NCBI GenBank assembly: GCA_965204745.1
Contig: OZ242010.1
Coordinates: forward strand, 512,001 to 576,000
DNA length: 64,000 nt
Direction of reading: 5' to 3'
From: Candidatus Latescibacterota bacterium
Lineage (GTDB): Bacteria; Latescibacterota; UBA2968
How positions within the stretch are numbered: the first letter of the stretch is position 1; each line of letters begins with the position of its first letter. The notes beneath the pieces were generated by a model, which saw only the letters and a list, made by a program, of their open reading frames with translations, was not told the origin of the DNA and did no database searches. Shown here one piece after another: positions 10,455 to 22,221 of the stretch. Made by a program: the position numbers and the translations under genes.

Positions 10455-10630
10455 TTGCATCTTAGGGCGAGCACGGGGGCATCGCCCCTACACACTGCTC
10501 GCCTTTGAACGGGCTGTCGCCAGTTGTACCCTGCTCGTGCCTTTGAACGGGCTATCGCCAGTTGTACCCCTTTTGTGCCTTTTGTGCCTTTTGTGGCTAA
10601 AATCCCATCTCCCATCTCCCATCTCGCGTC
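10455..10630. repeat. Composite intergenic repeat: GTAG-REP, two 38-bp modules, (TTTTGTGCC)n and (CCCATCT)3
   Basis: REP GTAG-GGGCGA-TGCCCCCGTGC-TCGCCC at 10465-10491 (minus); same modules recur at ~15.0, 24.1, 27.0, 30.4 and 57.3 kb. Confidence 0.85.
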
Positions 10631-10644
10631 GGCGCGTTTTTGGT

Positions 10645-11367
10645 TCAATCGAGGCGGAATCGGTCACCCAGATAAATGCGCCGGGCTTCCGCGCTTGCGG
10701 CCAGTGCCCGAGGCGTTCCGGACAAGAGAATTTTGCCTTCGGAAAGCAAATAAGAACGATCCGTAATCGCCAGGGTCTCGCGCACATTGTGATCGGTGAT
10801 CAACACCCCGATGTTTCGGCGTTGCAACTCGGCGATGATGTGTTGAATGTCCTCGACCGCACGCGGATCCACGCCGGCAAAGGGTTCGTCCAGCAACATA
10901 AAGAGCGGGTCTCGCGCCAGTGCCCGCGCAATTTCCAATCGGCGCGTCTCGCCGCCTGACAAACTGTCGGCGCGCTGATGCGACAAGTGCCCCACGCCCA
11001 AGTCTTCTAGCGCGTTGCGGCCGCGATCCAACCGCTGTGCCTTGGTCAGGTCGCCGTATTCGAGCACGGACAGGACATTGTCCAACACGGTCATTTTTCT
11101 AAACACCGTGGTTTCCTGGGCCAAATACCCGATGCCCAAGCGCGCACGGCGGTACATGGGCAGCGCGGTAATGTCCCGATCTCCCAAGAAAATGTGCCCG
11201 GCATGGGCGGCAATCGCGCCGACAATGAGGTAAAAACAAGTGGTCTTTCCCGCGCCATTGGGCCCCAAAAGCCCGACGATTTCCCCGGGATTGACGACCA
11301 AATTGACCTGATCCACTACGACGCGACGCGCGTACTTTTTGACCAGTCCCTCAGCTCTCAAATTCAC
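10645..11367 (-). CDS. lptB: LPS export ABC transporter ATP-binding protein
   Basis: GPNGAGKTT, LPMYRRARLGIGYLAQE, LDEPFAGVDP, TDHNVRETL. Confidence 0.96.
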   Translation of the reverse strand: MNLRAEGLVKKYARRVVVDQVNLVVNPGEIVGLLGPNGAGKTTCFYLIVGAIAAHAGHIFLGDRDITALPMYRRARLGIGYLAQETTVFRKMTVLDNVLSVLEYGDLTKAQRLDRGRNALEDLGVGHLSHQRADSLSGGETRRLEIARALARDPLFMLLDEPFAGVDPRAVEDIQHIIAELQRRNIGVLITDHNVRETLAITDRSYLLSEGKILLSGTPRALAASAEARRIYLGDRFRLD

Positions 11368-12680
11368 GGCGCGACCTCCGGTTTCGATTCTTCGGGCATG
11401 CGAATATAGTGCCCGCGCACGGCCCCATCAGCGCGAACAGAGGACAGGCGACCACTCTCAAAGCGCAAGAGAAGTTCATCGCCGGAGACCGTCACATTAT
11501 CGCTGTCCTGCGCGATGCGCGTGCAATGGGCTTCGTCAAAAAGGGCCATCTGCGACAACGCGCCCTCAAAAAACCACAGCACACATCGCTTGCCCCCCAA
11601 GCGGCTTTTGGACGAGTTGTCTCGGGCAACATAAGAACCGGTACACCCCCCGGACAAAATCAGACTGTCCGCTTTCCCGTCCCGATAGGCCAGCCTGAGA
11701 TCGCTGCCAGCCAGCGCGGCCCGCTCTCGATCCCGAAGATCGAGTTGCACCTTGCCCCAGGCGTGAACGCGCTGCGGCGCATCGTCCCGAAAGACGATCC
11801 GAGCAGAATCCGCCTGGATGGTTTGCGACCGCGACGCGCTATCGGCAAACGCATAGATGCGCGTGCTATCGAACAAAGCCAACGCGCCGATAGTTTGATC
11901 GGCCAGCTCCAGCCGCATCTCTGTCCCCCGTGCAAAAATGGAATCGCGTTGCTCGGCATCCGTCCAACGCATCGCGGGATTGCCATAGAGAACGATGGCG
12001 GAATCCGCGTACGCGCCGGCCATGGCCTCTCCCCGCATATCGCCCTGCTGCAAGATGAGGTTGCCGTGAAAAACGAGTTCGGCGCCGCGCTCGGCAAAGG
12101 CGATAGAATCCGCCCGCGCTTCGAGGGTATCGCCACCGATCACCCGCGCTCGTGTATGGCCCTGCAACTGGCCCTGCTCTCGCCTCAACTCGTAGCGCAA
12201 GGTGGATGCGGTCAACCGCCGATCTTCGGGCAAGTGGAGCGCGACTTTGCCCTCGGCAATGAGGATTTCCTCCTCGCGCAAAAACCGCACCATGCGCGCG
12301 CCGAGTTCGCGCTGGCCATCCCGAAAAAAGACGCGCCCGAGAAACGTGGCCCGTCCCTTGCGATCTTCGTACACGAGCGTATCGGCGCGGATCTCGCGCG
12401 CCGTGTCTTTGTAACTCACGTTAAAAACAAAATGATAAATGGCGTCTTCCACGCGCACATGCGCGGAATCGGCTTTGACGCTCACGTTTTGCAAACTGTC
12501 TGTGTACGCGACCCGCCCGCGGTAATTGCGCTGGGTTTGGTCGTCTGTGAGCAGGGTTTCCACCCAATCTGCGCTGAGCGTCTGATCGGCATGCGCGGTT
12601 GTGCAGGTCAATACAAACAGAACTCCGAGAAAGCCCCGGAGTTCTGGTCGCGCAACGAGATGGTGTCCGATAATTTTCAC
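11364..12680 (-). CDS. Long LptA/OstA-like beta-jellyroll protein
   Basis: Between lptC and lptB; repeated ADS/DTL...G.V beta motifs; probable GTG start overlapping the lptC stop. Confidence 0.75.
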   Translation of the reverse strand: MKIIGHHLVARPELRGFLGVLFVLTCTTAHADQTLSADWVETLLTDDQTQRNYRGRVAYTDSLQNVSVKADSAHVRVEDAIYHFVFNVSYKDTAREIRADTLVYEDRKGRATFLGRVFFRDGQRELGARMVRFLREEEILIAEGKVALHLPEDRRLTASTLRYELRREQGQLQGHTRARVIGGDTLEARADSIAFAERGAELVFHGNLILQQGDMRGEAMAGAYADSAIVLYGNPAMRWTDAEQRDSIFARGTEMRLELADQTIGALALFDSTRIYAFADSASRSQTIQADSARIVFRDDAPQRVHAWGKVQLDLRDRERAALAGSDLRLAYRDGKADSLILSGGCTGSYVARDNSSKSRLGGKRCVLWFFEGALSQMALFDEAHCTRIAQDSDNVTVSGDELLLRFESGRLSSVRADGAVRGHYIRMPEESKPEVAP

Positions 12681-13189
12681 GGGTTTTTTCGCCTGATCTG
12701 CGTCTGCACGAAGTTGAGGGTCCACTGCTTCAAATCGGATGCGGCATTAAAACCGACCCCGGTCTCTACGCCATCGGGCCGGAAAATGGTCACATGCCCG
12801 TCGCCGGTAATGCGGTCTTCCTCCCGCTGCCAGCGCAGGGAATCGGTTTGCAACGAGGTGCTGTCTCGCGCCATGACGAGGACGGACCCAAAGACCTTCA
12901 TATCGTCGCCCGCCGCGTTGATTTCGCCCCGCTCCGCGTGCAGGATGGAAACCGTATCGCCATCGGAATCGAAAAACGCGACCCGCACCCCTTTGGAAAA
13001 TTGCGCGGGCTCATCCTCTGTCGCCTGCTGAAAATGACCCGCCTGAACCCGGGCGCGTGCTCTGCCCCGATCCGTCACCTGCGTGCTCCAGCCCCACATT
13101 TCCCGCTTGGCCGGCGCCTCAGCTGCGGCGCGTTGCGCGCGATCCGCAGGGGCGCAAGCGCACAGGGCACACAGCAGCACCTCAAGCAT
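12677..13189 (-). CDS. lptC: LPS export protein LptC
   Basis: GVRVAFFD, LQTDSLRW, G.GF...DL motifs; lipobox-like ALCAC; synteny. Confidence 0.85.
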   Translation of the reverse strand: MLEVLLCALCACAPADRAQRAAAEAPAKREMWGWSTQVTDRGRARARVQAGHFQQATEDEPAQFSKGVRVAFFDSDGDTVSILHAERGEINAAGDDMKVFGSVLVMARDSTSLQTDSLRWQREEDRITGDGHVTIFRPDGVETGVGFNAASDLKQWTLNFVQTQIRRKNP

Positions 13190-13190
13190 T

Positions 13191-15120
<1,930 letters not shown>

Positions 15121-15295
15121 GGTGGCCTTCTCACGTCTTGCCTCTGCCTTCTCACTTTTTTGAGGTCTTTGGGCGATTGGTTGAGGTTGCCTCCTACTCG
15201 CTTTTTACTCTCAATTCGCATTTTCAGCCGCTTGACCGAGGTCATTGGTCAACGGATGCAAGCCGTTTTTTGATTTCCCGCCGTTGTCCCGATGT

Positions 15296-15832
15296 TTACG
15301 GTTTGCCGATGTTGAAGCCGATTCCCACGGCGGTGCGTAGGGCACTGGCGTCTTCTTCTTCCCCAATGACCCAGCGGATCTCGAACAGAATTTCCAGTTT
15401 GTGGCGGAACAAGTGTTTTTCCATGCCGATGAGAATAAAGTGGAGCGAGGTTTGATATTCGCTTTGAAATTTGTCGAGGGCCAACTGCTCGCGGCGCACG
15501 CGGTTCACGCCCAGTCCGCCGCCCATATACGCAAACGCGGTGCCGGACTTGTGCGGCCACAAGTACTTGAGAAAGGCCCCGCCGCCTCGCGCCTGAATCT
15601 CCGTGCCGTCGAGGTCGGAGCCGCTGCCCGTTTCCGCGCCGATTTCGAGCCGCAGATTGGGCGAGAACACGGTGGCGATATCGGCTTGAAGCACAAAAAA
15701 ATGCCGCGTATCATTTGCCTGCACGACGTCCAAACCCACCTTGGTCGCCAGATTGTAAAGCCCAAAACCCGCTTGGGCACCCGATGCAAAAACCATCAGG
15801 ACGAAAAATCCGACACCCGCAAAAACCCTCAT
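15296..15832 (-). CDS. Exported protein, probable outer-membrane beta-barrel
   Basis: Signal peptide ending AQA, alternating beta strands, YMGGGLG, C-terminal VGIGFNI. Confidence 0.65.
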   Translation of the reverse strand: MRVFAGVGFFVLMVFASGAQAGFGLYNLATKVGLDVVQANDTRHFFVLQADIATVFSPNLRLEIGAETGSGSDLDGTEIQARGGGAFLKYLWPHKSGTAFAYMGGGLGVNRVRREQLALDKFQSEYQTSLHFILIGMEKHLFRHKLEILFEIRWVIGEEEDASALRTAVGIGFNIGKP

Positions 15833-15879
15833 AATACACTCCTCGCAACACTGTTAGGCGGTGCCGGATGGAACCCCTG

Positions 15880-16203
15880 TCACCCACGCGACGACGCGGT
15901 CAGTGCCAACTGTTTGAGATGAGAATAAGTATAAAGCCCCGTATCGTGTCCATCTGCCCACCGGAATTGAAGCGCGTAATGCCCCACGGGGACGATATCC
16001 GTCAGTTCTATTGATGGCGTTTGAGCCGGCGTGATCATCTGCAACTGCGCGTCTTGCGCGGCCCGCAACCCTTCGCACAAAGCACAGGGGCAGGCTTTTC
16101 GCACCTCGTGCAAGCTCACGCGCAAAACTCCTTGGTCCGCCCATTCCATTTCGAGCCATCCCCCTGCGCGGTCAACGCGAATCCGGTTGGGTTTTTCCGC
16201 CAT
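15880..16203 (-). CDS. DUF971 / GBBH-like N-terminal domain protein
   Basis: RKACPCALC, VGHYALQFRWADGHDTGLY. Confidence 0.9.
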   Translation of the reverse strand: MAEKPNRIRVDRAGGWLEMEWADQGVLRVSLHEVRKACPCALCEGLRAAQDAQLQMITPAQTPSIELTDIVPVGHYALQFRWADGHDTGLYTYSHLKQLALTASSRG

Positions 16204-16211
16204 AGCCCGTC

Positions 16212-16937
16212 CTATTGCCTCAAGGGATGTCGCAATCCCAATTCCTGAAGCAAGATGCCGTAGTGCTCGCGCAGTCCGCTTTGCAGTGCGAACGCGCGGT
16301 TGTACGCAATGGCGGCATCTTCAAAAAGGCCCTGAACCGAGAGTGCGCGGCCCAACAGAATATAATTGGGCGCGTAATCAGGCGCGCGGTCTGTGGTTTC
16401 GTCAACCATGTCCAAGGTCTGTTCCGCGCGTTCGGTTTTCAAGTAAAGCCAGCCCAAGTTCTGGTAGGCCGTGATGATCGTGGGGTCTAGCCCAAGCCCC
16501 TGGTGATAAAATTGCTCTGCCAAAGCCGCGGCGCCCAAGCGTTGATGCAAGTACCCGAGCGCGATCAAAACGCCTGCGTCTGTGGAGTCGAGAACGGCCA
16601 ACTGTTGGCATGCCGCAATCGCTTGGTCAAAATTTTCCGCCCGCAAATGCGCGGAGATGAGCAAGCGCAACGCCTGTGTGTGCGTGGGATTTTGCAACAG
16701 AATATCGCGCAATTCAGCCGCCGCTGCCATCGGGTACCCCGCCGATAGCGAAGCCGCGGCGGCTTTCAATCCGGGATCGAGAATTGCGGCAACGGAATCG
16801 GGCAACACCGCGGGTGTGGGGTCAGATGGCGTCATTGCTGTCGAGTCCATGGTGCCATCGCGGCCGAGCACGTCTTGTGCCTGGGCAACCGTGACAGAAA
16901 AAAATAAGACGAGGGCCACAATCCAGCGCAACATCAT
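16212..16937 (-). CDS. Exported TPR protein
   Basis: Signal peptide MMLRWIVALVLFFSVTVAQA; TPR helices (ALGYLHQ, AYQNLG, LLGRAL). Confidence 0.8.
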   Translation of the reverse strand: MMLRWIVALVLFFSVTVAQAQDVLGRDGTMDSTAMTPSDPTPAVLPDSVAAILDPGLKAAAASLSAGYPMAAAAELRDILLQNPTHTQALRLLISAHLRAENFDQAIAACQQLAVLDSTDAGVLIALGYLHQRLGAAALAEQFYHQGLGLDPTIITAYQNLGWLYLKTERAEQTLDMVDETTDRAPDYAPNYILLGRALSVQGLFEDAAIAYNRAFALQSGLREHYGILLQELGLRHPLRQ

Positions 16938-17333
16938 AACGCGATTCCAAAAATGACCCCTTCCTCGCGGGGCGGGATCCAGTGACTTTTGTCTTTTTTT
17001 GTCCGCCAAAAGATACGAGAAGGGGGTAGGGGGTAGGTAAAACAGCCTCTTAGAGATGCGAGGGGCGTTCGGTATAAGTCCATCTGAACGGGGCATCCGA
17101 ATGGGCGTAAGAGAAAAATTTGATTCGTTGGCGTGGGCGCGCGGAAAGCCCCGGCTCGTAGATTTCAATGGCCGGGCGATTGCGCCACATCACGAGCACG
17201 AGTTCGGGATCGAGGTCTATCCGCTGCGAGATCAACTTGAACATCAAATAGGCACTTGCCATAAATTTGGTCATCGCGCTCTCGTAAGAATGGATTGGGC
17301 TATCGCCACAGTTTCAGCACTTTGCGATTGGGG

Positions 17334-17750
17334 TTACAGCCACTTCAAAATAGCCAAGGCCAACCCCAAAATAGTGAGCGTTATTCTGAAACGCCACTTG
17401 GCGTCGGCGTCGATTTTATCAAATCGTGCATTCATTTCTGCTCTGAGGTCTGCAAACTGCTTGTCAACTTTGTCAAACTTTGCATTCGTATCCGCCTTCA
17501 TGTCCGCAAACTACTTGTCAATTTTGTCAAATTGCTTGTCAACTTTGTCAAACCGCACGTTCACTTCTGCTTTGAAGTCCACAAACCGTGCGTTCACTTC
17601 TGTTTTGAAATCAGAAAATCGCGTGTTCATTTCTGATCTGAAGTCAGAAAACCGCTTGTCGATTTGATCGAGAATACCCGCGAAATAGCTTTGCGATCTC
17701 TCGTTTTCGCCCTGATTCCCTTTCGCATTGTGTTTGTCTAAAGTTTGCAT
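17334..17750 (-). pseudogene. Coiled-coil repeat protein with C-terminal TM anchor (DUF1640/CCDC90-like), interrupted by an in-frame TAG
   Basis: RF.DF..E.N repeats; TAG at 17511-17513 where sister repeats have Q (DKQF); frame continues to ...KWRFRITLTILGLALAILKWL*. Confidence 0.75.
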
Positions 17751-17782
17751 TTTTTTTCTGTTCTGACAGCGAGAAACGCTGT

Positions 17783-19531
17783 CTAACGTCCGATACCGTA
17801 ACGATAGTCGAATACACACGATGAGCCGACCATCTCGCGAAACCACAATGTGGCACTGGTGCCCATCGAATCGGTTAGCTGAATGGGTTCGTTCAGGTTG
17901 AAGTGTACCGGTTGCTGGAGGCCATCGTTGATCGCCACATTGTCGGCGTAGAGGTAGGTTCGATCTAGGGTATCGAGTATTGGATTCAATCGCCCCTGAA
18001 TGCCCGGCAAATGTCCCGTGCGATTGGCGATAATCAGCGAGCCTCCGCCCGATACCGGTTGCATGCAAAGGTCGAGGGGTTGGTCGGACACATAATCGCT
18101 TGTCACGCTTGCCATGAACCCCTTCGCGGCGCACAGCACGGTCATCGGCAACTTCGCATAGAGGACAAAATCAGCGTGTCCAAATGCGTTCGTTCGCGCC
18201 GCTCGATACGTTTTGTTGGGGTAAATCATCAGCACATAGACACCTTGCAAGGGCGTATTCGTTTTGCCATGGCGAACCGTGATACGCACTGCGATGCCGC
18301 CGGGCAGGGGTGGGCATGCCGCCGGCAAAACGAGTTTCAATTCCCGTTCGCCGATCAACTCAAAGACGGGTTTTTCACCAGAGAGTGAAAAAGTCTCGTC
18401 CTCAATGATGGCAATGCCTTCGCCGCGCCGTTCGATGAAGTATTGTCGCCCCCCAGCACCGGGGACATCGCCGACCGGGCATTGACCCAACCGCGAAGCC
18501 AGAATTTCGTTGCGCGTGAACTGACTGGTGCGTAGATCGTCAGTCGTCATAGAATTGCACAAGCCTCCTGGAGAATAGAGCTCCAAGCGGTCGTCGAACA
18601 TGAACAGACGTATCCGCGATCCAGAGACCCCATAATCCCGGTGAACCACTGCGTTCACGACGGCCTCAAACACCGCACGTTCGCTGAATTGAGGCACATC
18701 GCTACGGGCAGGGTCTTTGCGGGCAGAGACGCGGCGGTTGCGAACGACGAACCGCGTGGCATCCCGTATTTGCTGGTCAATCGGGCCGACGATGTCTTGG
18801 GCATCGAGTTGCCGGTTGCCATCCATCCGGTTGCCTTTGTAGCAGACAGCTTGGATATAGGCGTTGGGCAACCACACCCGAGGCATCTCGGAACCCAGTA
18901 ACACGCCGCTGACCGTGGCGTGGCGTGTACCCTGCCGATCTGCTTTCAAAAACTTCAGCTTTGACAGGATGACTTCGGCGGATTCTTTGGCTCGAGAACT
19001 CGCGTACTGCCGCCACAAGTTTGGACGCAAAGTGTTGATGCCTGTACCGCGCACGATCTGTGTATCGGTGGTCGCGGCACCGGATTGCCCCCTCAACTGC
19101 AACAATCGGCGGATTTCGTCGGGCGACATTTGACGCTTGGTATCACCTTGACGCCGGTAGTACCCGCCCGGTGAACGGTGAACGACCTCACTCGCTGGTA
19201 TCTCGATGAGCAAGACACCGCCTTCGCGGCATGGCACGCGGTAAGCATCGTAATCCAGTGCTGGCTTGATGCTGTCCGCACAGACCGCGCTTGCCACGTC
19301 CATCAACATGTCGAGTTGTTCAGGCGTGAGCACTTGGGGCGTCCGATCATCGGCCACACCGAGGACGAGACTGCCGCCGCGGGCGTTGGCAAATGCCGCA
19401 AACTCGTCGGCGAGATCGCGGGGATGGGGAGCAGAAATTCGGCGGCCTTGAAATTGAACTTCCTCGAGTTCGAGATCGGTATCTTCACCCAAGCGGATCT
19501 GTTTCCATAGATGGGACGTATCAACTGGCAT
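17783..19531 (-). CDS. Schlafen/AlbA_2 plus RecG-C-like (HATPase_c_4) protein with extra C-terminal domain
   Basis: GEDTDLE, AFANARGGSLVLGVAD, EAVVNAVVHRDY, SPGGL, RNEILA, ERRGEG. Confidence 0.85.
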   Translation of the reverse strand: MPVDTSHLWKQIRLGEDTDLELEEVQFQGRRISAPHPRDLADEFAAFANARGGSLVLGVADDRTPQVLTPEQLDMLMDVASAVCADSIKPALDYDAYRVPCREGGVLLIEIPASEVVHRSPGGYYRRQGDTKRQMSPDEIRRLLQLRGQSGAATTDTQIVRGTGINTLRPNLWRQYASSRAKESAEVILSKLKFLKADRQGTRHATVSGVLLGSEMPRVWLPNAYIQAVCYKGNRMDGNRQLDAQDIVGPIDQQIRDATRFVVRNRRVSARKDPARSDVPQFSERAVFEAVVNAVVHRDYGVSGSRIRLFMFDDRLELYSPGGLCNSMTTDDLRTSQFTRNEILASRLGQCPVGDVPGAGGRQYFIERRGEGIAIIEDETFSLSGEKPVFELIGERELKLVLPAACPPLPGGIAVRITVRHGKTNTPLQGVYVLMIYPNKTYRAARTNAFGHADFVLYAKLPMTVLCAAKGFMASVTSDYVSDQPLDLCMQPVSGGGSLIIANRTGHLPGIQGRLNPILDTLDRTYLYADNVAINDGLQQPVHFNLNEPIQLTDSMGTSATLWFREMVGSSCVFDYRYGIGR

Positions 19532-19550
19532 CGCATCTACCTATCACCGG

Positions 19551-20360
19551 TCATCCGCCGCTGCCAAACGCACGGACAAAGGCGAGAAAGTCATTAAAAT
19601 CAATGCGTCCGCCGCTCGAATTGAGATCCATGCGGGCATCGTAACCTTCGTCCCCCGGTGCTTTGCCAAACGCACCGGCAAAGGCGAGAAAGTCCGTAAA
19701 ATCGACTTTTCCATCCCCATTAAAATCAGCAGCCAATGTTCCCCCGCCCGACATTCCCGAACCGGTCGTTTTCGCAAAACTAATCACGATTTTAATTGGA
19801 TCATCTTCGGAAACGTGCTGTTCAAGTGCGCCCCTTGCCAATGCCCTCACGGTCGCGTTTAATGACGATAAGAGCTCATCCAAAAGAAGGGGGCGCATAA
19901 TAAACAAGGAATCCGCTGTCGCCGTGTACGTATAGCGGAGTGTATCTGCATTTTCGCGTGTGATAACGAGTTGGTGGGTATCGGACATGACTGCATAATT
20001 TCCCGTGTATTGGCTCGTATCGGGAACCGAGACCTCAATGGGGAGAAGTAATACTGCACTGATAACAGAGCGTGTGGTATAATCGGCTTGAACTGTGCCA
20101 TCAGAACCAAAAGTTATTGTGCCATGGGTCTCGCCTTCAAATGTGAGCGGGGCGACAGCAGTCACGAGCGCGGCGGGAACATAAGCTCTAAGCGAGGTCA
20201 TCTCCGCTGTCCAAGAACCCGTGAGATCGCCGCCCTGAGGCGGTGGACTCACTGGGAGCACTTCCGCGTCTGCCCGCCCAAACGCGATGCCGAAAATCAG
20301 CGCGAGCGCGAGCAACGCGGTAACGCGCATCTTCGCAATGCCAAAAACTGAACCGTACAT
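19551..20360 (-). CDS. Exported protein with C-terminal EF-hand/dockerin-like module
   Basis: Signal peptide; ADFNGDGKVDFTDFLAFAGAFG and DLNSSGGRIDFNDFLAFVRAFG. Confidence 0.8.
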   Translation of the reverse strand: MYGSVFGIAKMRVTALLALALIFGIAFGRADAEVLPVSPPPQGGDLTGSWTAEMTSLRAYVPAALVTAVAPLTFEGETHGTITFGSDGTVQADYTTRSVISAVLLLPIEVSVPDTSQYTGNYAVMSDTHQLVITRENADTLRYTYTATADSLFIMRPLLLDELLSSLNATVRALARGALEQHVSEDDPIKIVISFAKTTGSGMSGGGTLAADFNGDGKVDFTDFLAFAGAFGKAPGDEGYDARMDLNSSGGRIDFNDFLAFVRAFGSGG

Positions 20361-20569
20361 ACCATTTCCTCCTGTGTTGGGTGTGTCTCCGCTTTCCCGT
20401 TCCGCTTTCCCGTCCGGCTGTCAATTTACGCAATTCGCGCACCCTCTGCAATAGTTTTAAGCGCGGTGGCGACAAAAGGAGCGGATGATCGCTAACTTGT
20501 CATGTTTTGCGTTGCGTGCTATTTTGATACGTAGCTTGCAGAGCAAAGACGCAGGAGAAAGGAGCACGC

Positions 20570-21538
20570 ATGTCGTATTCGGTTCTCGTGGATGTGGATC
20601 TGCCAGATGAAATTTTGGACATGACGCACAATCGCTGTGACCTCCGCATCTTGGCGCAAGAAAACCTCCGCATCTTGGCGCACGGGCATGTTTTGGACGA
20701 TCAATTCGCGCGGGCACAGGGGTTGCTCACGTATGGGCATCCGATCATCGATGGCGCGTTTATGGATCGCATGCCCAATTTGAAAGTCATCAGCAATTTT
20801 GGCGTTGGCGTGGATCACATCGACCTGTCCGCCGCCAAACAGCGCGGCATTCCCGTGGGCAACACGCCGAATATGCTCGATGGCGCGACCGCAGACATGA
20901 CCTTTGCCATGCTCATGGCCGCCGCGCGCAACATCGTCATTGGCGACCGCTTTGCCCGCAGCGCGGCTTTTACCCACTACGACCCGCGCATTTTGATCGG
21001 CTACGAAGTTCACGGCACGACATTGGGGATTATCGGCATGGGCAATATCGGGCGGCAGGTCGCGCGCCGGGCATCGGGATTTGACATGCACATCCTCTAC
21101 CACAACCGCAAGCCCGATCCCAAAGCCGAGGCCGAATTGGGCGCGACTTACGCTTCGCTCGATGACCTGCTCGCGCAATCGGACTTTGTGACCCTGAACG
21201 TGCCCTTGACGGATGAAACGCGCAATATGATCGGCAGGGATCAACTCCAGCGCATGAAGAAAACCGCCATCTTGGTCAATCTGGCGCGCGGTGGCATTGT
21301 CGATCACGGCGCACTCGCCGAAGCCCTCGAGAACAACTGGATCGCGGCAGCCGCGCTCGACGTGACCGAACCGGAACCGCTCCCGCGCGACCATCCCCTC
21401 TTGGCGAGAGACAATGTGATCATCGCGCCCCATCTAGGCAGTGCCACGCGCCAAACCCGCCTCGCCATGGCCCAACGCACCGTGGATAACCTCCTCGCAG
21501 GACTCTCGGGAAAGCCGTTGATCACTGCGGTGGTGTAA
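20570..21538 (+). CDS. D-2-hydroxyacid dehydrogenase (glyoxylate/hydroxypyruvate reductase type)
   Basis: GVGVDHID, GMGNIG, NLARG, LDVTEPEP, PHLGSA. Confidence 0.92.
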   Translation: MSYSVLVDVDLPDEILDMTHNRCDLRILAQENLRILAHGHVLDDQFARAQGLLTYGHPIIDGAFMDRMPNLKVISNFGVGVDHIDLSAAKQRGIPVGNTPNMLDGATADMTFAMLMAAARNIVIGDRFARSAAFTHYDPRILIGYEVHGTTLGIIGMGNIGRQVARRASGFDMHILYHNRKPDPKAEAELGATYASLDDLLAQSDFVTLNVPLTDETRNMIGRDQLQRMKKTAILVNLARGGIVDHGALAEALENNWIAAAALDVTEPEPLPRDHPLLARDNVIIAPHLGSATRQTRLAMAQRTVDNLLAGLSGKPLITAVV

Positions 21539-21759
21539 AAAGCAACTACGGGGATGAACACGGATAAACGCAGATGAAAAACCACCTGCCATCATTCCGG
21601 CGCATGCAAGCACGGGCGTAGCTACAATAAAAAAAAATAATCATGCACGGTATTTGAAACGAAACAGGAAAAGACGTGTATATTAGGACAAAGACATGCT
21701 ATATTATACCAAATTGAATTGCTGTTGTCCTGATGAGAGATGTTGTTAGCAAGAGGTTC

Positions 21760-22086
21760 GGTTCCTTTGACGTTATACATTCAGAGAAGCCCTTGCAACA
21801 ATGCCCTCGCAAAACACCCTCCGATCAAGCCATCACGCACAGCGCGCAAGGCCGTCTCGCAACCAATGTCCATTATGCAACCTACTTTGCAGGCTGACGC
21901 ATATCGTTCTGTTACAAAAGCGATTTGCGCTGTGCAAGCCTCTCGGCGTTTGAGAGCGGCATTTTTGAACTGCTGGGGCAGTTGTACCCCGCTCGCTTAC
22001 TTTTTTTGCTGTTGAAAAAAAGTAAGTCGCCGAAGGCATCGAAGGCAACAACCGAGGATGCAGAACCAAACGTTTTAGACAAGCAA
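21760..22086. mobile_element. Degenerate copy of the MITE at 29931-30341
   Basis: ~21780-22085 aligns with ~30006-30290; degenerate left end GGTTCCTTTGACGTT at 21760. Confidence 0.75.
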
Positions 22087-22221
22087 TGTCTGTTCCTCAT
22101 TCATCCCTGATGGGAAGCGGGATACGGACAACCTAAGATCAAATTGGTATTACACGCAGAAAGAACGACCCAACTGCAAATCCCCAAATCCCGAAAATCC
22201 TCAACCCGAAAATCCCGATCT

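Noticed and set aside
10501-10570. Two ~30-bp direct repeats resembling a mini-CRISPR
   Set aside because: Period is 38 bp with no unique spacer; the unit is a dispersed module found at several loci; no cas genes in the window
17050-17274. 74-aa minus-strand ORF between the TPR and coiled-coil genes
   Set aside because: No RBS or recognisable motif; may be a relic but is unsupported
21545-21576. GGATGAACACGGATAAACGCAGAT 9-mer-like repeat (similar at ~29881)
   Set aside because: Too short and degenerate to define a separate feature beyond the repeat families already listed
21700-22221. Fluoride riboswitch upstream of crcB
   Set aside because: No GGCGATGG...CGCC / GCTGATG..TCCTAC core is visible; the region is occupied by a MITE copy
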